Shown in pieces: positions 38,001 to 49,382 of a stretch of DNA of 64,000 nt; positions within the stretch are counted from its first letter, which is position 1, and every line of letters begins with the position of its first letter. Under the pieces are notes generated by a model. That model saw only the letters and a list, made by a program, of their open reading frames with translations, did no database searches and was not told where the DNA came from. Position numbers and translations under genes: made by a program. The DNA comes from Epiperipatus broadwayi (Eukaryota > Animalia > Onychophora): NCBI GenBank assembly GCA_028023455.1, contig JAQFVV010000006.1, positions 19,654,001 to 19,718,000 of the forward strand, given 5' to 3'.

Positions 38001-38479
38001 CTTTTATAATAATTATGCCTATAAGTATATGTTCTGTATGTGTTGCTATGCAGATTTATTGTTCAAGATCCGTTAGGATATAATATATATTTTAGTATAA
38101 ATGAAGCTAGATTTTAAGTTAGGCTAACTGTCAACTTATTTAATTATTAAGGAATATTCAGGCTTATATGTATCTGTTCCATAGATTGAATTACACACCT
38201 CCTCTCTATAGATGCAAACTCATCATGGCAAATAATTTATATCAAGGTGGGTTTTTTTTGCTTTATGTATTTTTCTGATATTGTAAACCATAGCAAATCT
38301 GAAGTATAAATGCCAGTACTCTCTGCTTGTCAGATGTATTTGTAAATATTTGTACATAATCAAATGTAAACATTATTAGACTAATAATAAATAGTAGTAT
38401 GTAATAATAATATGGTGAAGGTGTCCATCAATATATACTATGTTAAAATCTGATCATTACATTAGCTAGAATTCCTGAA

Positions 38480-38645
38480 GAGTCTGATCTCTACCTGACC
38501 ACTGGACTGCATTGAGAAAATTAACTCTTGTGAGGTTAAGGCACTGTGATGCTTAGATAAGATTTAGAGATGTGGATGAGATTCGAACTCCTTCAACTAT
38601 ATCTTTGGGTCTGGTTAGAGCAGCCTTACTTTCTGACCATTGTAG
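38480..38645 (+). mobile_element. Diverged LTR 3'-end remnant of the cctgaccac family
   Basis: Shares cctgaccac.gg, gattcgaact and the terminal ttctgaccatt motif with 8686-8897. Confidence 0.4.
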
Positions 38646-38899
38646 TTTCAATACATTTTATTTTAAAATTAAAATACAAATGTCTAACATTTCAGGCAGA
38701 GTCCAAATAGATCACTTCTGAAAGCTCTGTACAGAAAATATAAATATCACTTCATACACTAATTTATATTGTCAGAAATTCACATAACATATATAAACCA
38801 TGAGAAAAAGTGAGAATATATGCAAATAATAGATTAGAATATTTTTGTAAACATTAAAGATCTATGCTCAGAAAGTTTCCATTAACTACATATCATTAA

Positions 38900-40450
38900 T
38901 CAAAATTTTAAAGAATTATGATAGAGACATGGTAAAATTTTATGAAAAAATTTCCTAGTTTCATAAAACTCAAGAAAGAAAACAAAGTGTCTCCTATAAT
39001 TGCTACATTTTCAGAATCCAGTATTTTAAATGAAGAAGTGAGACATGCAATTGAATTTATGAAAAAGAAAAAAACTTCTGATGATGATGGAATTATAATT
39101 GATAGCTTAAAAAAGTAGGTGAAGAAATAAACAAATTGTTGGCAAACTTATATAACAAATATCTTAATGAGAAAAATTTGCCAGATGATTAGAAAAATGC
39201 AGTACTAATTTTGATATTTAAAAATATGATAAAGAAGATATTAGGAATTTCAGACCTATCAGGCATCAATTTTATACAAATTTTTAGCCAGATAATAACA
39301 ACTCATCTACAGTGAATTTTAGATTTTATCTAACCAAAAGAACAAGCAGGATTTAAAATTGATTTTATCACAGTAAATTACATTTAAGTATTGAGAGAAG
39401 TTATAGAAAGAATTAATGAACATGAATTGCCATTTTGTTTTGGATTTGTGGATTATAAAAAGGCATTTGATTCTATAAGCATTTCTATGGTGATTAAAGT
39501 ATTGGATCATTAATATATAGATCCACTTTCTAGATTGCATAGCCATGATTAAATTATGTAGTTATATTAAAATTAACAATGAAAAGGGGTGCAGTAGGGT
39601 GACTCCATATTTTCAAAATCTTTTTTACACCAGTTGTGCGAAAAATATTTTATGATTTAAAATGGAAAGCTAAGAGATTAAAGCAAATGGAGATTATTTG
39701 AATCATCTAGATTTTGCAGAATGCGTAATTGTTTTTGCAAGTAATGCTTCATAGTTTTAGGAAATGTTCCAAGAGTTATCAAATGATAGTCAAAAAAATA
39801 AAATTAATGATAAATGCTAAAAAGACTGAAGTAATGTTCAATGGATTTTCTTAAAAGAAGAAAATAAAAATTGATAATGATGAATTAGAAGAACTTAACA
39901 ACTACAAAAATACCTTAGTCGAAATATTGATATAGATAGAAACATAATAGATGAAATTAATCCTAGAATTAAATTTGGATGGAGTACTTTTGGTAAAAAT
40001 AATTTAATATTAAAATGAAATATGCCTATATATTTGAAATGGTACATTTTTAATAAGAGTGTTTTACCAGTCATTACTTAAGAATCTGTATCTTGAACAC
40101 TTAACAGAACAACAATCCAGAGACTTCATATGAAAAGATATATGTTAGAAGTAACAAGAAGGAATCAAAAACAAAATACAAAGGTAAGAGATAAATAAGT
40201 ATTACTAACAACACTGAAAGAATTAAGTGAAGCAGGGCTGGACATGCTGCAAGAAGATATAATATATAGACAGTTGAAATCTTAAACTGGACCCCAAAAG
40301 TTTGTAAATAACATAACATGATATAATGGATGAAATACGGAAGTTTGTTGTATCATATGAAGAAGTGAGGCTAAAAATCAGAAAAAATGGATTACTCTTG
40401 GAAAGATCTTTATCCTGAAGTGGATCAATAATGGCTGAAAATGATGATGA
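38900..40450 (+). mobile_element. Degenerate RTE-clade LINE (5' truncated)
   Basis: EEVRHAIEFMKK..DDGI; KEQAGF; LREVIERINEHELPFCFGFVDYKKAFDSI; YLNHLDFA; ends in a gatgatgatg tail at ~40441. Confidence 0.88.
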
Positions 40451-41860
40451 TGTACAAGTGGGATTCGATAAAACTGTGGGGCAGTTCTTTTTTTTTTAAT
40501 AGATAGGATCAAAATCATTGGAAAACAATTGTATATTCAGTTTCATATGAATTGATTACTCTCTAGTTAAGTGGCAATATAACCAATCATTGTTAGATGC
40601 TGAACTGTTATCAACAGTAAATACTGATTCTGCTTCCAATTTCATCCATTCTGCTTCCAATTTCATCCAAGTATCAATTTAGTATATCTTGTACATTAGA
40701 TCAATTATATAATTGTGAGCTACAGACCTGGCATCTGCTTTCCAGGATTATAACATGTTTAAATTAGAGCTAGGTAAAACTTGAAATTTATGTTCAAATC
40801 AAGCTTGATTTTTTATTTTTAGTAATCAGTTCAAAGTTAACTTATCCAACCAGCCATTAGTAGGCAATAAATACGTATTAATACAGTTACTCTTAGCTAA
40901 AATGTAAATCAAGGATGGAAATCAAACGCTCAAACTCTCAACACCTAACAAATGCAAGCTTGGTAATACGTTTTCTTTCACTATTACTAGAGGGCTGTTG
41001 AAGAAGCTTTTACTTTGTAGTGAGTTATTTAAAGATTGTTTTACCTATATAGTAGTGAATAATTAAATCAAAGTGTCTCAAGTATCTGTGCAGAAAAATA
41101 GAGGTCTCTGGAAACGTGTATGGACAAATGTAGTTTCTATTTTCTTTTCTTTTTTCAACTGACTTAGTTTTTTTCTTAATAAAGTTGGCATGACAACAAT
41201 ATTGATGGATGTCCATTTTGAGCAGTTCCTGAACTTTTTTTCAGTTGTTTCTCTTAGATAACTTTATATTTTAATGGATTTTTGTTTTCTCTCTCATCTG
41301 CCAAAAATAAAAAAAATAAAAAGAAGGGGGGAGGGAAAATGAGAGAACAGGATTGATTTCTTTTGCTGGCAAGACATATTTGCCTTCTTTTGTATCAATT
41401 TGACTTTGAAATAATCCCTCAGCTTTTGGAGTAAAAAATAAAATCCGATAAAAAGGCTGTTTTCTAAATATTTTCATGGCACAAAAAAAAAAAAGCATTT
41501 TTAAAGTATAATTTTATAGATTTGCCACAACTTGTATCATATATATGGAAATGTTTTTTTAAAATATATATATTAGCTTTTTAAACTATTATTGGAAAAG
41601 TTTCTTACGAACTGAAATAATAATAATTTAATAAATTATTACTATTATTATTATTTAATTAAATAATTAGTACATTTACTTCTAAGTTAATTGCTTTTAA
41701 TTATAAATTTCTGCAGAACAATGAGATAACTATGTTCCTTTTATAAGAAAATAAAAAGTATAGTATTTAAACAAAAATAATAATAATCAGGATTGGTTTA
41801 GCACATGTGTGTACTCACAGTTTTTTTTTAACTAAAAGTATCTTCATGCTTAAGAAGTGG

Positions 41861-41977
41861 CTTTTTTTTTCTCTCTCTCTTTTTTTTCATGTGTCATAGC
41901 AACAGCCGGGAAGCGAACCCGCTAACCCGGGACAACTGCTCATAAGGCAGCTACGCTGACATCTCGACCACCAATGC
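41861..41977 (-). mobile_element. Second copy of the tRNA-Gly-derived SINE
   Basis: Minus strand GCATTGGTGGTCGAGATGTCAGCGTAGCTGCC..GGGTTCGCTTCCCGGC..TATGACAC followed by an A/AG-rich tail; alignable to 33593-33690. Confidence 0.85.
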
Positions 41978-42699
41978 TTGATGTACGTAAAGGAATCTAA
42001 TATGGCTTATTAATTGATGCAACTAAATACATGAAATTTTGGCTTAGTAATTATGAATCTTTTGGATGTAATATAGTAGTCCCCCTATTTGCTTCCAAGC
42101 TATCCCATAGATATCTGAAATTATGGATAAAAACTAACCCTGTGTATATTATACATGTTTAATATTTACACAAGCCTGTGATGAAATGTAATTTTTAAAA
42201 TGTACACATTTAGACATCAATTAAAATAATTAACAAAAGTAGATTGTCAGTTATAAAAAGTGTAACTACATGATTAACTGAGGACACAAGATGAAATAAT
42301 AACAAACGGATGATTAATGATAGCACTCTTACAGAAAGATGTTTATAAATTTTTGATTTTTTATATTTTATTTAATACTTTTTCAAACCATGAATAAATG
42401 AAATCATGGGTAGTCAGTTTGTGAATACTGATAGATTACGAAATGTTATTTTAATTGAAATCTGGTATGTTCTATGTGATTTAAACTAAAATATGAATTA
42501 TGTAATAAATAGTCAGCCATTACTAGGGATCTACCCTTTTAGTGCATATAATCATAACTTAAATAATAATAAAAGCATTTTTAAAATAAATTAGGAAAAT
42601 AATTTATTGTTAATTCATAATTAAAAACAATTAAAATTAATCACTAAAACATCACATGACTGCCATTTCCTATGCTTACACAAGCTGTTAAAACAGTAA

Positions 42700-42772
42700 T
42701 GTGATGTGATGCACTGTGACTTCTCCTTAAACGGAATCAGGAATCTCTCGCAACTACGCCCAAACTCTCTAT
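42700..42772 (-). mobile_element. Isolated 3'-end fragment of the LINE family at 45.2-46.9 kb
   Basis: gtgatgtgatgcactgtgacttctccttaa..aatctctc.gcaacta.gcccaaa matches 45170-45238. Confidence 0.7.
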
Positions 42773-44894
42773 ACAGTAATGCCACCCAATGCACTATTTT
42801 AACTAAAATTAATTTGCCTTTGTTGTACTTTTTATCTATGATTTCAAAACTGTGCTTTCTATTTTAAAAATGACACCTATAAAAATTAATTTTTCATTTC
42901 CTGTGCATTTGAAAACAGTTTCAAGAGGTAAAAGTTTTCGGATTGATTTATAGATGAGATACACAAAAAAACTTCTGTTGATGAAATAAGTAGAACTGTT
43001 CTCCTCAGTCCATCATGTTAATGTTTGATCACCACTTATCTCTCAAGTAAAAAAAAACACATGATTATTACTTTTCAAGTTGTACTAACTCCTGAGTATG
43101 TAAATCAAGATGGTTCTTTTTTGAAAATCTTTGAAAAAGCCTAAACAAAAGATATGACAGTATAACAATAGTTTTCATTTCAAAAAATATTTTAATTATT
43201 TAAAAAATAAAACCTAATTTATTATTATAGAATAGAAAATAATTTCATCTAATTTTTTTAAAGATTTTTTTTTTCTTTCAATTCTTCATTCTCACTCTAA
43301 CAATTTAATGAAATTATCTTTCCTTCCAGTCTATATATCTTTATTCAAAATATTCAACAAAATAACTTGATTCATTAGTTCAAGCATTTTCAAGATTTCA
43401 ATTTGCCATGAAATTTAAGTGGATATAGGTTGAAAATATGCACATTTAATATTAGAATTTAGCATTTTAATAAAAAAAAATATGTAATTGACAATGAAGA
43501 GAAAGATTATATTAATAAACAATTAAAAGTTTATCTTTAGAATGGTAAGAAATAAACATTAGGAACAAATAATGGAAAAAAGAATTCTTAAAAAAATGAT
43601 GGGGGTGGGTGTAAATGATAGAAGTTTTAATGAATATCTTTCAAGCACAAACACTTAAATTTCTTATTAAACAATAGACATTCACGCTATTTATTAAGCA
43701 AATTGTTGCAGTCACAGAAAGAATATCAATTATTCCTATGTGAGTGCAATGCTACAAAGCTATTGTAACGTGTATAAGAAACCGTATGCTGATTGATATT
43801 TCATCTTCAAAATAAAATATTGGTTAAAGAAATATTACAATTTTTAATTATACAAAAATCATTACAATTTCTAAATGAATTTATCTAAAACCATACTTAA
43901 TTCTGTGTGTGAATTAAAGCGAATTGTGAATTAATAATAGAAACATACAGTATACATATATTGATAACCTCGTTGTGAATAACATTGGGTCAAAAGCAAT
44001 TACATTTTATCACATTGCAACCATTTCAAAAATATCTTATGTAGAGTTACAGTCTGGATCAGCCATACTCAACCTACGGACCATCCAAGCTTTTATGTGC
44101 GACCAAGCAATAAACTGATGCTTAACAGATGCGACAACAGTCTTCTTAATTAATGAATAATCATGTGCGATTGATTTATTTTTTTGATGCACTAACAACG
44201 TTATCTGGCCTTTTTTTTTAACTTTACAGATCTGAAAAACCTGCCAAGTCTACACCAGATTAGAAATACTCGAGTATCTTCATATACGGCTTGTACTTGC
44301 TCTCAAACCGCTATGTCTTTAGCACTATTTTGCTGATTTTAGCATCTTCAGTATTTTTTTTTTCAAGTAAAAAATCAATAATATTTAAATTTAATGGTAT
44401 AACAATGATATAAATACATCTTTTTAAGCTTCTGACTGGTTGTTTCTTCTTTACTCCACAAGGGTGCACCAATCCATGACTTTGACAATTATATTTCTAC
44501 ATTATGAATTCGAAAATGATAACATAATTTGCTAAACTTTTTTTTTACCCACTTGTTTGTTTTTTAGATTTTAGTCAAAAATATTTACTTTTATACTAAA
44601 ACATATTAATAAGAAATTCAATGAATTATATCTGGAATTTATAATTGGATGGTAAGCATTTATTTTAATTTGACCGCATTAGATTATTATCATCAATTAT
44701 AAATAAAAATTTATTTTTAAAAAACCTTTTTGTTTATTACAGATTCTATAATTGATCAATGAGAAGGTTGAAACTTTAACTCAATCTGCCAATAGTCTGT
44801 GTTTTTGAAGGCAAGGGGAGCCATGACAGTTTTATACGTGAATTAGTATAAATACAAATTCATAGTATTTTATATCAAACTATAATTTAAACAG

Positions 44895-45160
44895 CATATC
44901 AACAAATCAAAATTATCTGTTGAAAATACAATATTTCCAGACAACTGGAAGAGGAATATTTTGCTGTGTTAAATAACAAAAGTTCAGCAACATGTTTGAT
45001 TTGTTGAGAAAGTGTCATATTAAAAAAATATAACATCGACCGTCATTATTCCAAAAAACATAAATTGTTTAATGACACTTTTGCTCATGGGTCTTTAATA
45101 AGAAGTGAAAAATTAGCTTTCTTCAAGAAATGATTGCAATAACAACAAAATGTTATGACA
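44895..45160 (+). pseudogene. Buster/SPIN-type transposase N-terminus (BED-finger region)
   Basis: EN.IF..W/EEYFAV..ATCLIC*ESVILKKYNIDRHYSKKH..SEKLAFFKK*LQ*QQN, with a frameshift and stops. Confidence 0.8.
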
Positions 45161-45164
45161 GTGA

Positions 45165-46893
45165 GTGATGATATGATGTGATGTACTATGGTTTCTCCTT
45201 AAGCAAAGTCAAGAATCTCTCAGCAATTATGCCCAAAGAAACCTGTTAGCCATTTTATTTTCCATTCCCCACTCTAAGTTTTCCCATATTCTGCTCCATC
45301 CCATTTCCACAACATAATCTTTGTCAACTCTATGGCCTTTATAACTAAATCCCCCTTATCTTTTCGCAAACCCAGCATAAACACCAATAATCCACTTTCT
45401 GTATAATCACTTTTTTTTCATATTTACTCTTTCATAACTTCATTATATGTATCCTTTCTGTTTTCAAGCATTTACATTTAATTAACAGATACTTAATATT
45501 TTCTAACCCTCTTTACACAATTCACAGATTAAATCACCCATATTTTTCCCATTTGCATGTACATTCTCTTGCAGCTAAAGATCCTGTTTGAGCCTTAAAC
45601 AATAAACTACTTTCCTTATTATTATCATATATTAACTCGCACCTAATATTGTTTACTTCTATATATACTTAAACTCTTTTTACTCTCCATACTAGTTCTC
45701 CATCTCTCTAATTCCCTATTCTTTACTAATAAATCTATTCTTTTATCCCATTCCTTGCCACTATAACACCCAACAATCCTCCTAACACAATCATTCCATA
45801 TTTTGTACAAATATACTGATATAAATTCTTTATCCAAATCTTTGGCATACTGCATTACCTTTCTCACCCATCTTGTTGCCTGCCCTTTATTCATAACCCA
45901 ATTAAATACTATTTTGGCTATTCTTTTATTATCCATAAACTGCAATCTACCAAACATTTTCATTTTACTTTTTGCATCTCTCATATAAAAATTTGACCAT
46001 CCCATTTCTCCTTGAATTGCCTCCCTTGCTGTCTATACATCTGCATCCAATGCATGTCTTCCTACTTTCCTTTGAACTTTTTCTAAATAATCTTATACCC
46101 CCTTTACTAACACATAATACATCATTACCATATGTTAACACTGCTACTGCAACCCCCATATAATTCTGGCTACATCATATTTATTATATGATAACACTTA
46201 ATTTATTTATCAATCCCTTTCTTTTCTTTGCTTCATTTATCTTTTTTTTTTCTCCCATTCATCAAAACAATTTTTCTGATTACTTAAAATAATTCCCAAA
46301 TAACTATATCTATTCACCACACTTAACTTAATATCTCCCAATAAAAATTCTACATCTTCTCTTTCCCCAGTATTAACCATCATTACTTTTGATTTTTCTT
46401 CACTAAATTTAATCCCCATCTCTTTACCCACGCTTGCACATGTGCTCACCATAACTGCCATATCTTCTCTTCTTTCTGCATACAAAAATATATCATCCAC
46501 AAAAAAAAGACCTGACAAAATATATACGCCCTTACCACCTATTAACAGTATCTCTATCCCTCTTCCTAATCTTTCTATTGCTCTTTCCATTTCACTCAAA
46601 TACAACACAAACAAAATAGATGACATAGGGCATCCTTGCCTTAGTCCCACCTCATTTTTCACTTTAACTGATTCTATATTCCCTAATTGATATATATAAT
46701 AATTATTTTCATATAATTTCTTAATAATATTCACCCATTCCCAAATTTGCTAAACTTATCCATAATCTATTTCTATTTACTCTATCACATGCCTTCTCTA
46801 TATCTATAAAACTCATATATAACTGTCTACCTGAATTCCTACTCATATCCATAAGTTGTGTAACTACAAATAAACTATCTCCTATACGCCTAT
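45165..46893 (-). mobile_element. 5'-truncated non-LTR retrotransposon (RT to C-terminus, clade not determined) nested in the hAT
   Basis: DRRIGDSLFVVTQ..FIDIEKACDRV; GLRQGCPMSSILF..LFFVDD; TYGNDV; SMESKKSLSIYR..YDNNKESSLLFKA; (CATCA)n-like 3' tail at ~45165-45182. Confidence 0.9.
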
Positions 46894-46931
46894 CTGCATA
46901 CTTCATGCTAAACCAGCACTCATCAGTTGGT
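46893..46931 (-). ncRNA. Minimal hammerhead ribozyme copy (intact CUGAUGA, GAAA changed to GAAG)
   Basis: Minus strand accaa-CTGATGA-GTGCT(ggttt)AGCAT-GAAG-tatgca; the 3' stem-I strand is replaced by LINE sequence. Confidence 0.7.
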
Positions 46932-47477
46932 CCAGACTATCATCTCTCATACATATAATCATTGATCAGTTTATATTAAGATAGCAAATCTTCACATTTA
47001 ATGGTCAGGCTTCAATCTACTCCAACCTCCAATGTTTCAGCCATCCATATCATTAAAAATCTGATGATGGAAAGTCCAAATTTCATGTTGATGCCAACAT
47101 TATTGCCATATGTTGACTTCAAGTCACTCTGATCCCTCATATATAGGATCTTATTTAAATACATAGAAGAGGGATGGGCAGGATACAAGCTTCATATGTG
47201 AATATTTGAAAACCAGACACTCTTCACAAACCTGGAGCTTAATTGTAAAAATATAAGGGAGTTAAACTCAGACTTTCAAGCAGCCTTCACCTATCCACAT
47301 TATCTTATACAACTGATACAATGACCACACACATGTAGAAAAGATAAATAATCACCAATATATGTATTTCATTGGAGGTTGGAATAGATTGAAGCCTGTC
47401 CATTAAAGTGTGAAGAGTTGCTATCTTAATATAAACTGAGCAATGATTATATATATGTGTGAGAGATGATAGTCTGG

Positions 47478-47521
47478 ACCAAATGATGAGTGCTGGTTTA
47501 GCATGAAATACGTATATTGGT
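47478..47521 (+). ncRNA. Minimal type-I hammerhead ribozyme fold with C3A substitution
   Basis: accaa-aTGATGA-GTGCT(ggttt)AGCAT-GAAA-T(ACGT)A-TA-ttggt; palindromic loop III; AUA cleavage triplet ending at 47516. Confidence 0.8.
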
Positions 47522-47685
47522 GATTATTTATCTTTTCTACATGTTTCTGGTCTTTGTATCAGTTGTATGAGATAGTGTGGATAGTTGATGTGCTTAAAAG
47601 TCTGAGTTCAAATCCCTTATATTTTTACAATTAAGCTCCAGGTTTGTGAAGTATGCCTGGTTTTCAAATATTTACTTATTTTAAA

Positions 47686-47822
47686 ATGAAATATGTGAAC
47701 AAAATATATAGAAACAAACTTATACACACCTTGATGATATATTAAGAATAGCATGTAGCACTTATAAACCCGATTTATCTAAAATTGTCAAAAATTTCTC
47801 TCAATATCGAAAATTACTTTAA
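47686..47822 (+). pseudogene. hAT transposase C-terminus (dimerization region)
   Basis: MKYVNKIYRNKL/HLDDILRIACSTYKPDLSKIV resembles Buster K..R.RL.D.HL..LRIA....PD...LV. Confidence 0.75.
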
Positions 47823-49010
47823 TATTTAAATAAATGTTTATATCAAATAAAAGTGTTTGCATTTTATTAATATGTTAATTCTAAGATATAGTAAAATGAT
47901 CTACAACCTGTGGCATGCATAATTGAAAAGTCAGACATTTTTTCATGTGATACCAAGTGTTTGTTGATTGCTTATATAGCATGTTGTGGCCCATTTGATG
48001 TAGCACACAAATATATGTGGCCCAGGAAAGAAAAGGATTGAATATAGCTGGTCTAGATAGTTAAAGTATTACCTTAAATTCAGAATACAAGAACCTAAAG
48101 GTCACTGACCAGGCTTGTAGCACCTGAAGAAGTGAGGAGAATAACATTACTTGAAACATAATGTTATACCTGTGTTTTATTATTAATCATTGAATGCATT
48201 TGAAACTGTAAATAACTTGAATTTTTCTAAACACATCTAACAATTAAATTAGCTGATGGCGATAGTCCAACAGACAGTATAATTACAAATATTTATATAT
48301 ACGTCTGTGTATAGCAAATAATAAGCAAACAATTTTCCACATTAATCAACCAAGTATAAGAAAAAAAATTTCATTATAAATAAAAATCTAAAAATATCCT
48401 GCCCTGAAATAATTTGAAATAAATTTACTAGAAGAGAAGAAGAATGTCTTTGTTCAAATATGTATCATTAAAAATGTAATACTGCATCATTTCAAAAACT
48501 GAAAAGCTTTGTTAATTATGATGAAGCTGTGTTCTTTTTTAATTTTATGTATTCATTTTATTAAGAGATATTTTTTAAAAAATGAATTTGCTTCCTCTTG
48601 CCTAATACTTGGCAACAATTTTCTTTCATTTAAATGCAATCATCCATCTTCAAATTTCCATCATTATATCTCCCATTTATCAGATTATACAAATGCCAAT
48701 CGTCATATTATACGGAAGAGGAGGGGGATAAACTTTCATTTTCGTCTCTTTTTTTCTCAATTTCTTAATGAAAATCATATTTTTGCTTTTTTTTTTTTTT
48801 TAACTTCTTTCGCAACATGGTTATTATCTCTGCCACTATCTCCCATTCATAAGTAACCTTTTAAAGTCATTTAAATGTCCTTTTTAAAAAAAAAAAAAAA
48901 AAATCGTATTAATAATCTAATTTCTTGTAACAGTAAATAAATAATCCAATTATTGTTAAAAAAGTCCAATTCAAAATTTTACAGTAATGTGGAAAAAACC
49001 ACATCCTAAT

Positions 49011-49382
49011 AATAGTAATTTTATTTTAGTTTTTTTTTTTTTTCAAACAAAAAAAAAAAAAAAACAGTTGTTTACTAGGATAATTTCAATACTTAAAAAT
49101 CCTGAGAAATTTTTTTATCTCACTATCTTCTTTTCTTTCCCCTTTCGGTAATAATAATTATCAATACAATTACTAGGTATCTTTAAGTCGACATCCTAAT
49201 AGTAATTTTATTTTAGTTTTTTTTTTTTTTCAAACAAAAAAAAAAAAAAAACAGTTGTTTACTAGGATAATTTCAATACTTAAAAATCCTGAGAAATTTT
49301 TTTATCTCACTATCTTCTTTTCTTTCCCCTTTCGGTAATAATAATTATCAATACAATTACTAGGTATCTTTAAGTCGACATC
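49011..49382. repeat. Exact 187-bp tandem duplication
   Basis: 49011-49195 is repeated at 49198-49382, identical by eye including homopolymer runs; acatc occurs at both boundaries. Confidence 0.95.

Larger units (their letters stand above)
46893..47676. repeat. Hammerhead-bounded ~466-nt unit with interlaced inverted partial copy (A-S-B-A'-B')
   Basis: 46903-47033 is inverted at 47370-47508; 47200-47370 is inverted at 47505-47676. Confidence 0.88.
44060..48050 (+). mobile_element. hAT (Buster/Charlie/SPIN-like) DNA transposon with nested insertions
   Basis: TIRs cagccatactcaacct versus rc cagctatattcaatcc (12/16); TSD gtctggat (44052-44059)/gtctagat (48051-48058), 7/8 and NTCTAGAN-like; transposase N- and C-terminal remnants inside. 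Confidence 0.85.

Noticed and set aside
45803-46690. Plus-strand ORFs at 45803, 45972 and 46442
   Set aside because: Antisense shadows of the minus-strand LINE RT.
48120-48165. Hammerhead-like CTGAAGA...GAAAC
   Set aside because: Stem II pairs poorly and no stem I or stem III could be formed.
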